64,000 bases of DNA from Chlorokybus atmophyticus. Its lineage: Eukaryota > Plantae > Mesostigma and Chlorokybus algae. The notes under the pieces were generated by a model. That model did not search any database. It saw only the letters and a program-made list of their open reading frames with translations, and had not been told where the DNA came from. Positions 33,937 to 45,800 of this stretch are shown in pieces. The stretch is from the NCBI GenBank assembly GCA_009103225.1, contig RHPI01002491.1:62001-126000 (forward strand). Direction: 5' to 3'. A program made the position numbers and the translations under genes. Each line of letters starts with the position of its first letter. The stretch's first letter is position 1.

Positions 33937-36900
33937 AGAGGCGGCAGTCGGCACTGCTCGGTGCCGACGTCAGGCCGGCGACCTGACAGCGGCGGCAGCG
34001 GCGGCAGCTAGCAGCCGCTACCCACTAGGGTGGGTAGTGGTAGTTGTTAGCTAGTTGTCGTTGTTGTGTAGTTGTATAATTGTATAGTTGCTGCTGTTTG
34101 TGTAGCCTAGCCTAGCCTTGCCTTGCCTTGCTTGCTTAGCCTAGCCTAGCTTGTTAGTGTGAAGGGGAGGCGGCCACTCAGGCAGCCTCACCTCAAGTAT
34201 TGCATCTCCAAGATGCAATACTGAGTCAGCACATCACATGTAACTAAATCACATTATTACTTGTGACTGTGCTAGTGGTTGGGGCTGCCACCACGTGGCT
34301 TCATAGTGGTGTAAGGGGGGGTTGTGATTGTTTACACTTCTCCCACCCCAAGAAAGCAATCTAACGCGTACTTGGGCTGTTTTGACAGCCATTCAGTGCG
34401 GTAGGGCCGCCAGATTCATTCTGAGCGGTCGATATCAAACCCTCGACTCACAACTTGTTGATATTGGTCTGTAGGGGTGATTCAACGAGAGTTTGGCACC
34501 TTTTGTGTCATTTACAATTGTGAGTTGAGCAGGGTTGTACAAAGTGAAAACTTTGAGTTGTTGTAGCTCGTGAACCGTCGCGTGGATTCGCGTGCGGTTT
34601 GTTTACAAGCGAGTGTCTTGTTGAGAGGTGTTGGGCAGTCATTTTACGGGATATTTAACCCAAGTATAGCACCTTGAAATCGACGAGAAAAAACAAACAA
34701 ATTTTGTCACTTTCAGAGTGCACAACACTGTGCTTGTGCACTCGTGCACTTGCAAACTTCTTGACGGCTTGTCTCCTTGGGCAGATGTTTCACCAAGGAG
34801 AGGAAGGAGGGATGTATCCCGTACCTGAGGATTCATCATATGAGCCATTAAGTGATGAGGAAGTGAAGCACTCAGAAACGAGTGGTGGTTACAATGTCAG
34901 TGAGGAGGAAGAAGCCAAGTCTAAGAGTGGTGAAGCTTCTTCAAAGAAGTCCTCTCATAATGACCAACATATGGACGCTCAGAGCATCATCGGGGCAGCC
35001 ATAGCGAAGTACACATCAGAGCGCGAAGCTCTTCTTGCTGCACACCCCCAGCTTCGCAAGGAAATTTGGGATGAGTGGGCGCAGCAAGTGCGTAATGCAT
35101 ATCAGACGGACTTCACGGCACTCCCGCGCGCAAGCAGGAGATGGTGATTCGCATGATCGAGCGCGAGTTGACGCGCAATGTACCGCAACTCATGCGCACA
35201 GATCTGCCAGTGGCCACTCTTATGGCTACTTATGACAAACCAGGCCCGTATCCAGGCCAAAGGATGGCGTTCGAGGCTCTCACCTTATTGACGGTGGAAA
35301 CTCAGAAGCGTTGCAAGGACCTCTTCTGGTACTTAGGGCCTGAGCTGGAGGAGAAGTTAGCTCGAGAAGAGCGCTTGACTGCACGCCTCAATGCTATGCC
35401 GTCCGAGTTGGTGGCATTACGCCAGCAGGTGGCAGGGGCTACTACTACTGTAGCAGGGACATTAGTTGGCCTGCACGTCACAGCGCTGAACAAGCCCGAG
35501 AAGTTCAAGCCCAATGGGGCTGTAAACATTCATGATTGGGTGGTGAATGTAAAGCGCTACTTGGTTGCACTTCAGCGACCAGTTAGTGAGCATACATCTG
35601 TGGCTAAGTTACTCATGCCACCTGACGCTTTGGCCGAGTGGGCGCGTCAAATAAAGGATGGTGCTTCAAGACTGTGGAGGCATTGTTTTAGTTCTTGGTG
35701 GAGCGTATGGTGGCATGGACCCGGCTACTGCTGCTCGCAATAAGCTTACCAAGCTATGACAGAATGGTCGGGCGGCTTCAGTGTACTTGCAAGAGTTTCA
35801 GGCACTTGTTGGCCGTGTTAACAGTGGGCTCATGCCCATGGACAAGGCTGAGCAGTTTGACCTGTACAAGCGTGGCTTTGATGCGCGCTTACGCGACCAG
35901 TTGCAGTACAACACGTCAACGGGGCAACCGTGGGTTCCTGCGGACCTCGCAACCTTGCAGAGGTTGAGTGTGTATCTGTTCAATGACGATGCTGCAGCTG
36001 TGCAGGACAAGTCACAGGTGGTGGCTTCAATCAAGCCACATGGGGGAGGGGGGAAGCGGTTCCCTCCACCAAGTGCGCATGCGGCAAAAAAGGCCAAAAC
36101 CTCATACGCACCTGCGAGTGGTGCTACCTATTGCAGCACGCGCCTGCTACGTGTGCCATCAGCCAGGTCACATTGCGAAGAACTGCCCAACCAAGGGAAA
36201 GGGCAAGGAAAAGAAGGTTGAATAGGATGACGTCGTGACTGATGTACCTTCATCTAGTGGCCAGTTGCTAGTGTTAAATGCAGCAAACTGGTTTGATGAT
36301 TTGTCTCGTGTACATGTAATGACACATGCATGGCAAGCACATGATAAGCTGCCACTTTTTGATAGTGAAAAAGTGGATGCCCAGGCTTGTATGTTAGTGC
36401 ATGTAGAATTTAACATGCTAACAGAAGTTTTGCGCACATTGTGTGGGTTACAAAATAAACACACGACACTGAGTGTGGTTGTCATGGTGTCGAAGTATCA
36501 TGGACCGTGGCTAAAGCATACTCGAGGGGGAACTGTGTTGCAACAATTCACAAAGCGTGAGACGGGGATAGTGCGGTTGTCAGCAATATTGATTAACCTG
36601 CGCATCATTCACGGAATCTTGGCTACCTTTCAAGGGTGAGTAGTACCTTTATTGTGAACCTTCACAGGCACGGCACAAAGTATCACTAGCTCGCTCTTGG
36701 TTGACACCGGGGCAACGCATAACTTCGTCGAAGAACAATGGGTTATAAGCAATAAGATAGCGTGTAAATCCTCAGCAATTTCAGCTGCTGGTGCTGGGGG
36801 TATGTTATCGGTAAAAGGTGAAATCAAGTTGAAAGTTAAGATTGGTAGTTATCAAGCCAATTTAACTTTCATTGTAGTACCCATTGACATAGTTGGTGTT

Positions 36901-37568
36901 GATGTGGTATTTGGCTAAGAATGGCAGAATCAAGTGTCTATGACATTAGTTACTGCTGCACGGCTGTGCACAGTAAAGAAGGGGCGTATGCGCATCAAGC
37001 GTGCGTTACGTTAACACACACCTGCTTTTCTCATGCACTTAACGTCGAGTGATGATGTAGTGCCCGGCAATACAGAAGGTGTGGCGGACATCATTAAGAA
37101 ATTTCAGGATGTGTTCTCAGATGAGTTGCCGGGCTTGCCCCCTGATCGAGGTGTCGGACACACATTACCTTTGATTCCTGATAGTGAGCCTCCATTTCGG
37201 CCTATATATAGGTTGAGCCCTCGTGAGAGGGGGGACATGGAAACACAGATAAAAGAGTTATTGGAAAAGGGATTGATTGAACCAAGTTCTTCACCCTCAA
37301 GGTGAAGAACTTGGTGCGCCAAAAGCTTTGGCGCACCCTTATTGTTTATTATGAAAAAGAATGGGAAGTTATGCATGTGTGTGGATTACCATGCTCTAAA
37401 CAAACAAGACCACGGTAAAGAACAGATACCCGTTGCCAAGGATTCATGATGTGTTTGACAAGTTGTGAGGGAATGCGTACTTTAGTACGCTAGACTTGAC
37501 AAGCGGCTATCATCAAATCCGGATTCATCCTTCGGATGTCTATAAGACAGCATTCAGGACACCTACGG

Positions 37569-38099
37569 TGTCACAGCCCACTCGACCACAAAAGACTTGG
37601 TGCTTTTATGGTCGATTTGTGGTAATTTAATATACCTTCCCGTTACATCCCCCCCCACTTAAGAACGCTGACGTCCTCGGCAGCTGGCGCCCATCAGCTG
37701 GGGAATCTTCCCAGGGGTCTGATTTAGGGTCGGTCACCGGCCCCACCACCCAAGGACAGGCCAATTTAGGCCCATACCGGTCAACGCGCGCATAGCGCAC
37801 CGCTGCCGGCCCCACAAGTCGCATCGCGACAAGCAGGTCGCGTCCTGCCGCGCCGACTGAACTGGTCAGCACGCCGCGACTACCATTAGGCAAGTCGCGA
37901 CCTATCGATGATGACACTTATGAAGTGACCATTTACGATGTTATTGAATCGAGAAACAACGACCGCGGAATTCGTGTGCAAGGCAGGAATCAAACCCGGG
38001 TCTCAAGCTCCTATGATCAATGTCATAGCCCACTCGACCACAAAAGACTTGGTGCTTTTATGCTCGATTTGTGGTAATTCAATGTACCTTCCCGTTACA
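37569..38099 (-). mobile_element. TRIM (non-autonomous miniature LTR element), 531 bp, inserted antisense in the RT of element C
   Basis: 79-bp direct repeats at 37569-37647 and 38021-38099 (4 mismatches) with TG...CA ends. Perfect 5-bp TSD TACGG (37564-37568 / 38100-38104). PPT CTTAAGTGGGGGGGGA on the minus strand (37663-37648). Excision restores the RT frame [10 protein letters not shown]. Confidence 0.96.
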
Positions 38100-39820
38100 T
38101 ACGGGCCATTATCAATACAAAGTGTTACCTTTTGGATTGACTAATGCACCCGCTGTGTTTCAGAAGGAAATGAATAAAATTCTCGCTGACATGCTTGGTC
38201 AACATGTGATGATATATTTGGATGACATCATTGTCTTCAGCAAAAAAAGGGAAGACATAGGCAAAACTTGGAAGCGGTGTTTGCAAGATTGCGCAAGCAT
38301 CGTTTGTCGGCAAACTTCACCAATTGTGATATTTGTAAAACGGAGTTGCCCTTTCTTGGTCACATTATGAGTGGTGCGGGTAATAAACCTGACCCTCGCA
38401 AAGTGCAGATTGTGAAAGAGTGGCCCCAACCTCAGAATATCCATCAACTAAGGTCGTTTATAGGGTTGGCAAACTATTTTCGCAAGTTCATGATGGGGTA
38501 CTCAACAGTTGTCATGCCTTTGACCAAACCATTGCGTAAAGATGCCCCGTTCACTTGGACAACATCACAAGAAGCTGCTATGCAAAACGTGAAGTTGGCT
38601 TTAACATCGGCGCCGGTGTAGTACTGCCCAATTGGAACAAACACTTTACAGTGGTCAGTGACGCATCGACACTTGGGTGTGGTGCGGTACTGTTGCAAGA
38701 TGGTAGACCTTGTGCTTATGAGAGTAGGAAGTTCATTCGTACAGAGGTGAACTACACTACGACAGAGCAAGAACTATTGGGTATAGTTCATGCTCTTGAG
38801 ACATGGAGATGTTACTTAAAGGGTGTTCAGTTCACTGTTGTGACTGATCACAACCCGTTGGTGTATTTCTCAACACAGCAAAACTTGTCAAGACGGCAAG
38901 CGCGCTGGAATGAGTTTTTGTTCAGGTTCACCTTTGATTGGGTGTATCGGGCGGGCAGAACCAATGTGGCTAACCCTTTGAGTCGCTGCCCGTCATTACT
39001 GGCGGTGATGCGCGCGCAAATACTCGAGATACGCAGCACATTGTCTCCCAATGATGACTTTATACAAACTGTTGTACAGGGGTACACTGGACCTATGGTT
39101 TTCTAAAGTAGACAACTTACAAAAGTTTGACAAACGTGACAATCTGTATTACATGAACAACAATTTGGCGATTCCTGATCATGCTGAACTGCGTGTAGAA
39201 TGCATAGCGGATGTACGCGTTCCACCTTACGCTGGGCACTTTGATAGTCGCAAGACCACTAAGGCAGCGCAACAGTTGTATTAGTGGCCATCGTTGCCTG
39301 CTAATGTGAAGCAGTATGTGGATACGTGTGACAAATGTCAATGCGACAAACCGTTACATCAAAAGCCCGCTGGGCTACTGCGGCCGTTGCTAGTTTCTGT
39401 CAATAAGTGGGAAAGTGTGAGTATGGACCCTATCATTGAGCTCCCTGAGACAGCGTTGGGTCATACTGCGGTTGCAGTGTTTGTGGATCGTTTGACCAAA
39501 TTGGTTCACATTGTTCCTTGCCGTACGGAGATAGGCTCCCGTGATCAACCGATGGGTTTTGTCGCGTCAGTGTTCTAGTTGCATGGCTTGCCTCGCAACA
39601 TTGTCTCTGACCGTGACCTGAGGTTTGTGGCTCATTTTTGAAAGTCGTTATGCAACTTCCTGCAGATACAGCAGCACATGAGTACCGCTTATTCTCCGCA
39701 GACTGATGGTCAGACTGAACGTGCCAATCAAGTGATTGAGGAGACCATTTGGCATTATGTGAGTCCAAAACAGTCTGATTGGGATATTCATCTTCCAATA
39801 GCTGAGTTCGCGATTAACAA

Positions 39821-40596
39821 CGTCGCAAATTTTACACGGTGACTGTTAAGGGACTGAGGGACTGACGGGTGCCTGCCCCTGCCTGACCCTACCTGACGTA
39901 ACGGATTGGTCCATAAGGGGACTTCTTAAGACGGCCGTTACTATCAAGCAACATATACCGACGGTAAGCGGTCAACCGATAAGTACAATCAACGGCGGCA
40001 TGCCTGTGATGGCAACACCGCACTTTAAGGTGACGGCCGATTGTCGGTCGTTCCATTTGCGCGATGGCGACCTATCTGTATAGCAGATAAGTCACGTTTT
40101 GATCACATACAGTGACGGCCGACCGTCGGTCGTACCCTGATCGTCGACAGTATGCGCGACGGCCTGCCTACTTTGGCAAGCCAGTCACCGTTAGTCCCTA
40201 TCAGGTGACCTTACCGCGTTTATTAAGTGACAGTTGATCGCCAGTCGTGCACTTAACGCGGCGCCGACCTACTTATTGTGTGTGAAGTATGATAAGCAAG
40301 TGACCGCCAGTCCCTAAAAGTCGGCAAGTCGGGACGGTGGTACCGGCCGGCAAGTCGAGACGCTGGTACAATGCAGCCGCCGTACTATATCAATGGTACA
40401 ATCAGTGCCATCGTCGCAATGGCACTATCGTACCATACCAATGGTAAGATAGTGCCATTGCGACAATGGTACTTTCGTACCGTTATAATGATATGTTAAT
40501 GCCGTTGCGAGTCACGTATCGACGACGCGTTCGAATAACTTGGGCTGCCCAAGTTATTCGAACGCTCAACGGCTTCAAGTTGAACAGAGCGTTGTG

Positions 40597-40627
<31 letters not shown>

Positions 40628-41402
40628 GCAACGGCTAACAGTAGGTGAGCTTGGTTGCTGTCTGACATTGTACTACGCGCAACACCGCATGCCATCTAAC
40701 CACCCTCCTTGCCTTAGGGCGGCCAGGCCAGGCCAGGCTAGGCCAAACCAGGCCAGGCGGCGGCAGCGGCGGCGAAGAAGGAACGGCGGCGGCGGAGCTG
40801 GAGCGGGCGGTGCAGGAACCGCAGCTCAGTACAAGGGTAGTACTAGCAGTAGTACCTAACGTAGTAGTAGCAGTAGTGGTAGTGATAGCAGTAGTGGTAG
40901 TCTAGTTGTACTAGCAGTAGTAGTAGTAGCTCAGTATATGACATTGTAATTTATTTTTTTTTCCCTTATTTGTCATGCATTCTTGCACAGCTGATGACGA
41001 CAATCACGTGTGACACCAAATCACGATTGAGCGGTACCAGCAGGTACCTTTTAAGGTACACATTATTTAAGGTACACATTATTAACCGTATGTACCTTAA
41101 GGTACCTGACAATTTCGCTCAGTTAGCGTACAGTTGCCGGTACCTAACCAATAGATATCGGTCAATTACCTGCTAGTTAGGTCAAATCCCCTTTGCTTAA
41201 CTGTTGAGTACCTGACAGGTACCTATTGATTAGGGTCACTCCCTTTATGCGGACGGCCGCCAACCAATGGAGACGGCCGTTATGCTCAGGTCCCTGTATC
41301 GAGGTCGCCGGTAGACTAAACGTCGACAGTCTAAATGAGTATCCTCAGGTGCACGGCCGTTGCCAATGTTCAGTCGGCCGGCAGGGGAAATACTTTGCGA
41401 CG
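39821..41402. mobile_element. Non-autonomous DNA transposon, 1582 bp, TIR CGTCGCAAA/TTTGCGACG, 2-bp TSD AA, inserted in the integrase of element C
   Basis: Removing the insert and one AA restores EFAINNA*QESVQETPFF. Subterminal ACGGCCG and GGTACC motif arrays. No transposase ORF. Confidence 0.85.
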
Positions 41403-42556
41403 AATGCATAGCAAGAGAGCGTGCAGGAAACTCCGTTTTTTTAAAAACTACGGAGTGCATCCACAAAGTCCTGCGAGTATTAGGTTGCCAGCTAACGACT
41501 TGACTTGCGTGCCTGCAGCGCGCGAGATGGCTGCGGCCATGCAAGACAATTTAGCATTGGCAAAGGATTGTCTGCGCGCAGCGCAAGACAGGCAGAAAGA
41601 TCAAGCTGATAAGCATCGTAGGCAGGCTGACTATGATGTGGGCAATTCGGTGTTTTTGAGCACTAAAAACATATCCATCAAGGGAGTGGGTACCCGAAAA
41701 GTTTTCCCTCGCTGGATAGGCCCCTTTAAAATAGCTGATCTGGTCGCGTATCGTTTGGAGTTACCACATTCGATACGTATACATAATGTGTTTCATATGA
41801 GTGTCCTGAAACCGTACCGTTCAGACGGTCGGGTTCAACCTCCTCCACCCCCAGTCGCAGTGGACGGCGATAATACTTTCAAGTATGAGGTGGAAACAAT
41901 CATGAGTCACCGTAAGCCCCGACGCGGACGCGCGCCGACTTACTTGGTGAAATGGAAAGGGTATGGTGTTGAACACAACACGTGGGAACCCGAAAGGAAT
42001 CTTACCAACTGCCAGGAGAATCTTCGGGCGTACTGGAGTGATGTGTTCGCACGCGGACGGTAAAAGGGTGCTGGCAGACATCTTTACCGCTTCGGCCCTG
42101 GTTCTTTTCCCACTCAGGTTTTCAGTGCTCACGGTGGGGCCTTGCTAACCCTTCAATGAGAACATTGAAACCTAAGTGGGGGGGAATGTAACGGAGTGCT
42201 ACCGCTATGCGGTTCCCCGCCCCTATTTAATTAAGAATAAGGGTCCCAACGGGATAAATACAGCCATTAAAGTCGTATTAGGGCCTTTATAGGCCCTAAT
42301 AAGGTGTTATGTTATTTACCACCGATATCGACTCGAGACACGAGTCTCAAGTCGATATCGGCCGCATGGCGGTGCTGCTAACGCAGCGACCGCTATAGCC
42401 AGGGGATCTTTCGATCCCCTGGCTGCCAGCGGCGGCGGCGGCGACGTGGCTGTGGTTGGTGGTGTTGGGGTAGGGGATTTGAGGGGGCGGTAGCACCCCC
42501 CGCCCCTCTTTACCCATCAGACGCTATAGAAGAAACGTTGTAGCTCGGTGGTTACA

Positions 42557-42829
42557 TCATTGTATGGCGCGTGTCATAGCTTGCTGGAAAGCTCTTGAAA
42601 ATAGCTACGTGGTGCAACATAGAGCGCAAAAATCGGTTGAGTGTAAAAGTTGTGGTGACTTCTAGAGTAAACAGGTGCAGAACTGGCGGGTATAAATGCC
42701 CGCGGTGTGACTTTGTTGTTATCCTTAGAAAGCCTTTTTGGATCAGCCTTGTGTGTATGCTTTGGTAGAGTTTGTGTGCTTGTGCTTGCACCAACTCCAT
42801 GCATGATCGGCAGTGTACGAATCTTAACA
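42557..42829 (+). mobile_element. Solo LTR B, right part
   Basis: Ends TTAACA (inverted to TGTTGA) and contains GCGGG-TATAAAT-GCCCGC. Followed by the imperfect TSD TTTCG, after which gag A resumes. Confidence 0.6.
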
Positions 42830-45800
42830 TTTCGCACTTACACCCGTATGGTCAAGCTGCTGAAGGACACCAACTACAAGATCCTCAGCGACGAAGCTGC
42901 CGCCGTGGTGTTTGTCAGCCAACTTGAGCCTCCACTGAACAGAACAGTGGACAACGCTCTCAACAATACCCGACCACAAGGGTATTCGCTGCTTCAAGCC
43001 CTTAAAACAGCCTAGGCAATCCATGACCGCCAGGTGTGGATGAGAGCCGTGCTGGATATGAACTCTGTCCCTCACGTGCTTCTGCCTCTGCTCCAAACCC
43101 CAGCCGACGTGACCGCAAGTCTTATCCCACCAACACACCCCGGTCTCCCGCGAAGTCGGCTCACACTGCACTACCTGCTCCTATCGTCTGCCATCGGTGT
43201 GGTCGACATGGCCATTATCAGAAGGACTGCACGGAGGAGTACGGGAACCTTGTGTGTGACCACTGCCACATGACCGGACACTTGGAGGCAGTCTGCTACC
43301 CTGCTACCCTGAGTTGAGACCCTCAGGCAGTTACGATGGCAGCATCGGTTACAACAACAACAACAACAACAACGGCAACAAGGGCAAGGAGCCAGCCAAC
43401 AACGGCTATCGGGGGAAGAACAACCCGCCGAAACTAAAACAGAACCGTCAGATTGGACCTTAAGTAGGCAACACAGCCCCCAAGGCGCCTGGTGCGGGAA
43501 ACACGGAGGTGGTTGCCGCCCTCACAGCACGGATGGATGAGGTTCAAGCGATGCTTAAAGGCAGAGAGGATGAATATCGCGCATGCTACACGGCATGGTG
43601 GGCAGCAATGGGAGTGAAGCGTAAGGAAGCCACCCCGCCTACGCGCATACAGCCACCACGGCGAACCCGAGGGGACTCCGGGCCATCCTCTAGAGGTGGA
43701 ACAGGTGGTTCTCTCGGCGAACGTGACCGCGTCAGGCAGCGTTGCTAGAACTACCGCTGGGAGGATGGACTCGTCTTCCGGCGTGTCCACATCCATGACA
43801 AGGAGATCCCGGCCCTGCACCGATGCGAGGGCATCATCGCTGCACTTCACACAGAGTTGGGGCACTTCGGCATCAAGCGCACTATCAGCTTGGTAAGTGC
43901 CCAGTTTGGTGGCATGGCATGCACACCGAGGTTCGCACCTTTGTTGCGAACTGCACGCACTGCGACCTGGTGCGTGCCAGCCTCTACACCCGCACTAGCA
44001 TGCTGCACCCACTCCATATCGCCGGCATGTTCTACCAATGGGGACTGAACATCCTTGGAGATCTAGCACCCTCAGCTCGTGGCAACAAGTACATCCTCGT
44101 CATGATCAAGCACTTTTCCAAGTGGGTTGAGCTGGTCCCCCTTTCCGACAAAAGCAGCAGAGGAACCGCTCAGGCTTTCCTCGACCATGTGCTTAGTCGT
44201 TTTGGCTCATGCGCTGAAGTCATCACCAATCAGGGAGCGGAGTTCCGCGGCGAGTTCGACACCTTGCTGGATCGCACCTACATTGACCACCGGCGCATCT
44301 CACGTGACCATCCACAGGCGGATGGGCTTGCGGAACGTACTGTCCAGACCATCAAGAAGGCCTTGCGCAAGTACGTCATCGACTACGAGAAGCGCACCTG
44401 GGATGACTGCCTCCCCTGGATAGCCTTAGGCTATCGGCTGTTCAAGCTAGCTTCCTTGCGCATGTACAGCCCGTATCATCTGTTGTTTGGCAGGGAACCC
44501 TTACTCCGCTTCCGCGCACAAAATGCGGTGGAACGCGTGCTGGACAACCTCGACAACCATGTGGCTATGTTGCACGACATGCAACAGCGCGCCTACCTGT
44601 TCGCACACGTTTTCCCCATGGCCATGGGCAATCTCCGCATCGCTCAGCACCGGGATACATTGCGCTATGAACGCCTCCGCAGTGGGTTCTACAGTCAACG
44701 CAGTTGCCGCTTCAAAGCGGGCAACTATGTCTACCGCATGAACCAAACCAAGGACACCCTTGACATCGGTGTCAAGCGTATCGTCTACAAGGTCTTAAAG
44801 GTACTCCCCTCCGGAGTGCTAGAGTCACTCGGCAACAACGGCGAGCGCCTCAAGGACAGCATGGAGAACTGTGCTCCATGTCACATGCCACACGTTGCAG
44901 GCTTCGACATCATTCAGCACCCTCGACCCAGTCGCAGCAAGCGTTGCGAGAAGTTCGGCAGTGCCGACGACGACGGACTCATGATGTTGTGCGACGGCTG
45001 CAACAACGGTATGCACTGCTACTGCCTCGACCTGACAAAGGACATTGTGCCTCTGGAGGCATATTGGTGTGAGGACTGCCATGTCCGTGGTCCTCCTCAT
45101 TCCCGATGAAGATTGCTCACTGGAGTAGGGACTTCTCCACTTCACCGGGGGGGTGGCTTGTTGACTTGCTCTTATGAGCATTATCGGCCACGCATTTTCA
45201 TCACTCAGGGCGCACAGCACAACATTGTACCACATGTCGTCAACCTCACATGTGTTTCCCCCACAAGTAGGTACAGGCAAGGGGGTATTCTTTGACTTCC
45301 ATACTGTACAGCTACACGACCAACAGTCCACAAGGCTGGCCTCATCCCCATCATGGCAATACGGTTGGGAGCGACCTGGAGACGCACATGTCCCTGCCAG
45401 GCCCGACACTACAGCTAGGGGTCTCCGCTAGCGTTAATGTTGAGGCGGGGAGAGCCAGTGACATGTACATAGCGGCAAGACAGTTTGCATTGCAGTAATT
45501 AAGCCAATCCTGCATGCAATACACAATGTGAATGCATAGCATAATGCAGCTAGCACACAAGTGGCAATGCACCACTCCCCTCTCAATGCAGTGCACATCT
45601 TGATATCCATTTAAAACATGCATACGCACATACAAGCACACACAATCATCAATCTCAGTGGGGGAATGTACATTATAAGCTGGCTATGTATAGGGTGACA
45701 GAGGCTAGGGCACCACAGCTCAGGGGCCACAGTCACAGCTGCCTAGCACATCTTTGTGCTAGGCAGCTGTAATTGTGGCCGTTGTGCTGTCATTGTGTGC

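Larger units (their letters stand above)
33487..42556 (+). mobile_element. Degenerate Ty3/gypsy chromovirus C (LTR-gag-PR-RT-RH-IN-chromodomain-PPT-LTR)
   Basis: LTRs start TGTAACGGAGTGCTACC at 33487 and 42187; the 3' LTR ends GTTACA at 42556. PPT AAGTGGGGGGGAA at 42174-42186. Gag from about 34785 with zinc knuckle CYVCHQPGHIAKNC. Protease [37 protein letters not shown] and YLDDI; RNase H VVSDASTLG; integrase; chromodomain YEVETIMSHR...YLVKWKGYGVEHNTWEPERNL. Many stops and frameshifts. Confidence 0.93.

Noticed and set aside
37627-37917. 96-aa ORF inside the TRIM
   Set aside because: No recognisable motif; it runs through the PPT into the LTR, consistent with a chance ORF in GC-rich sequence.
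37975-38055. Functional tRNA gene
   Set aside because: The acceptor and anticodon stems do not pair; only the A box, B box and T arm are retained, and the region lies inside a TSD-bounded element.
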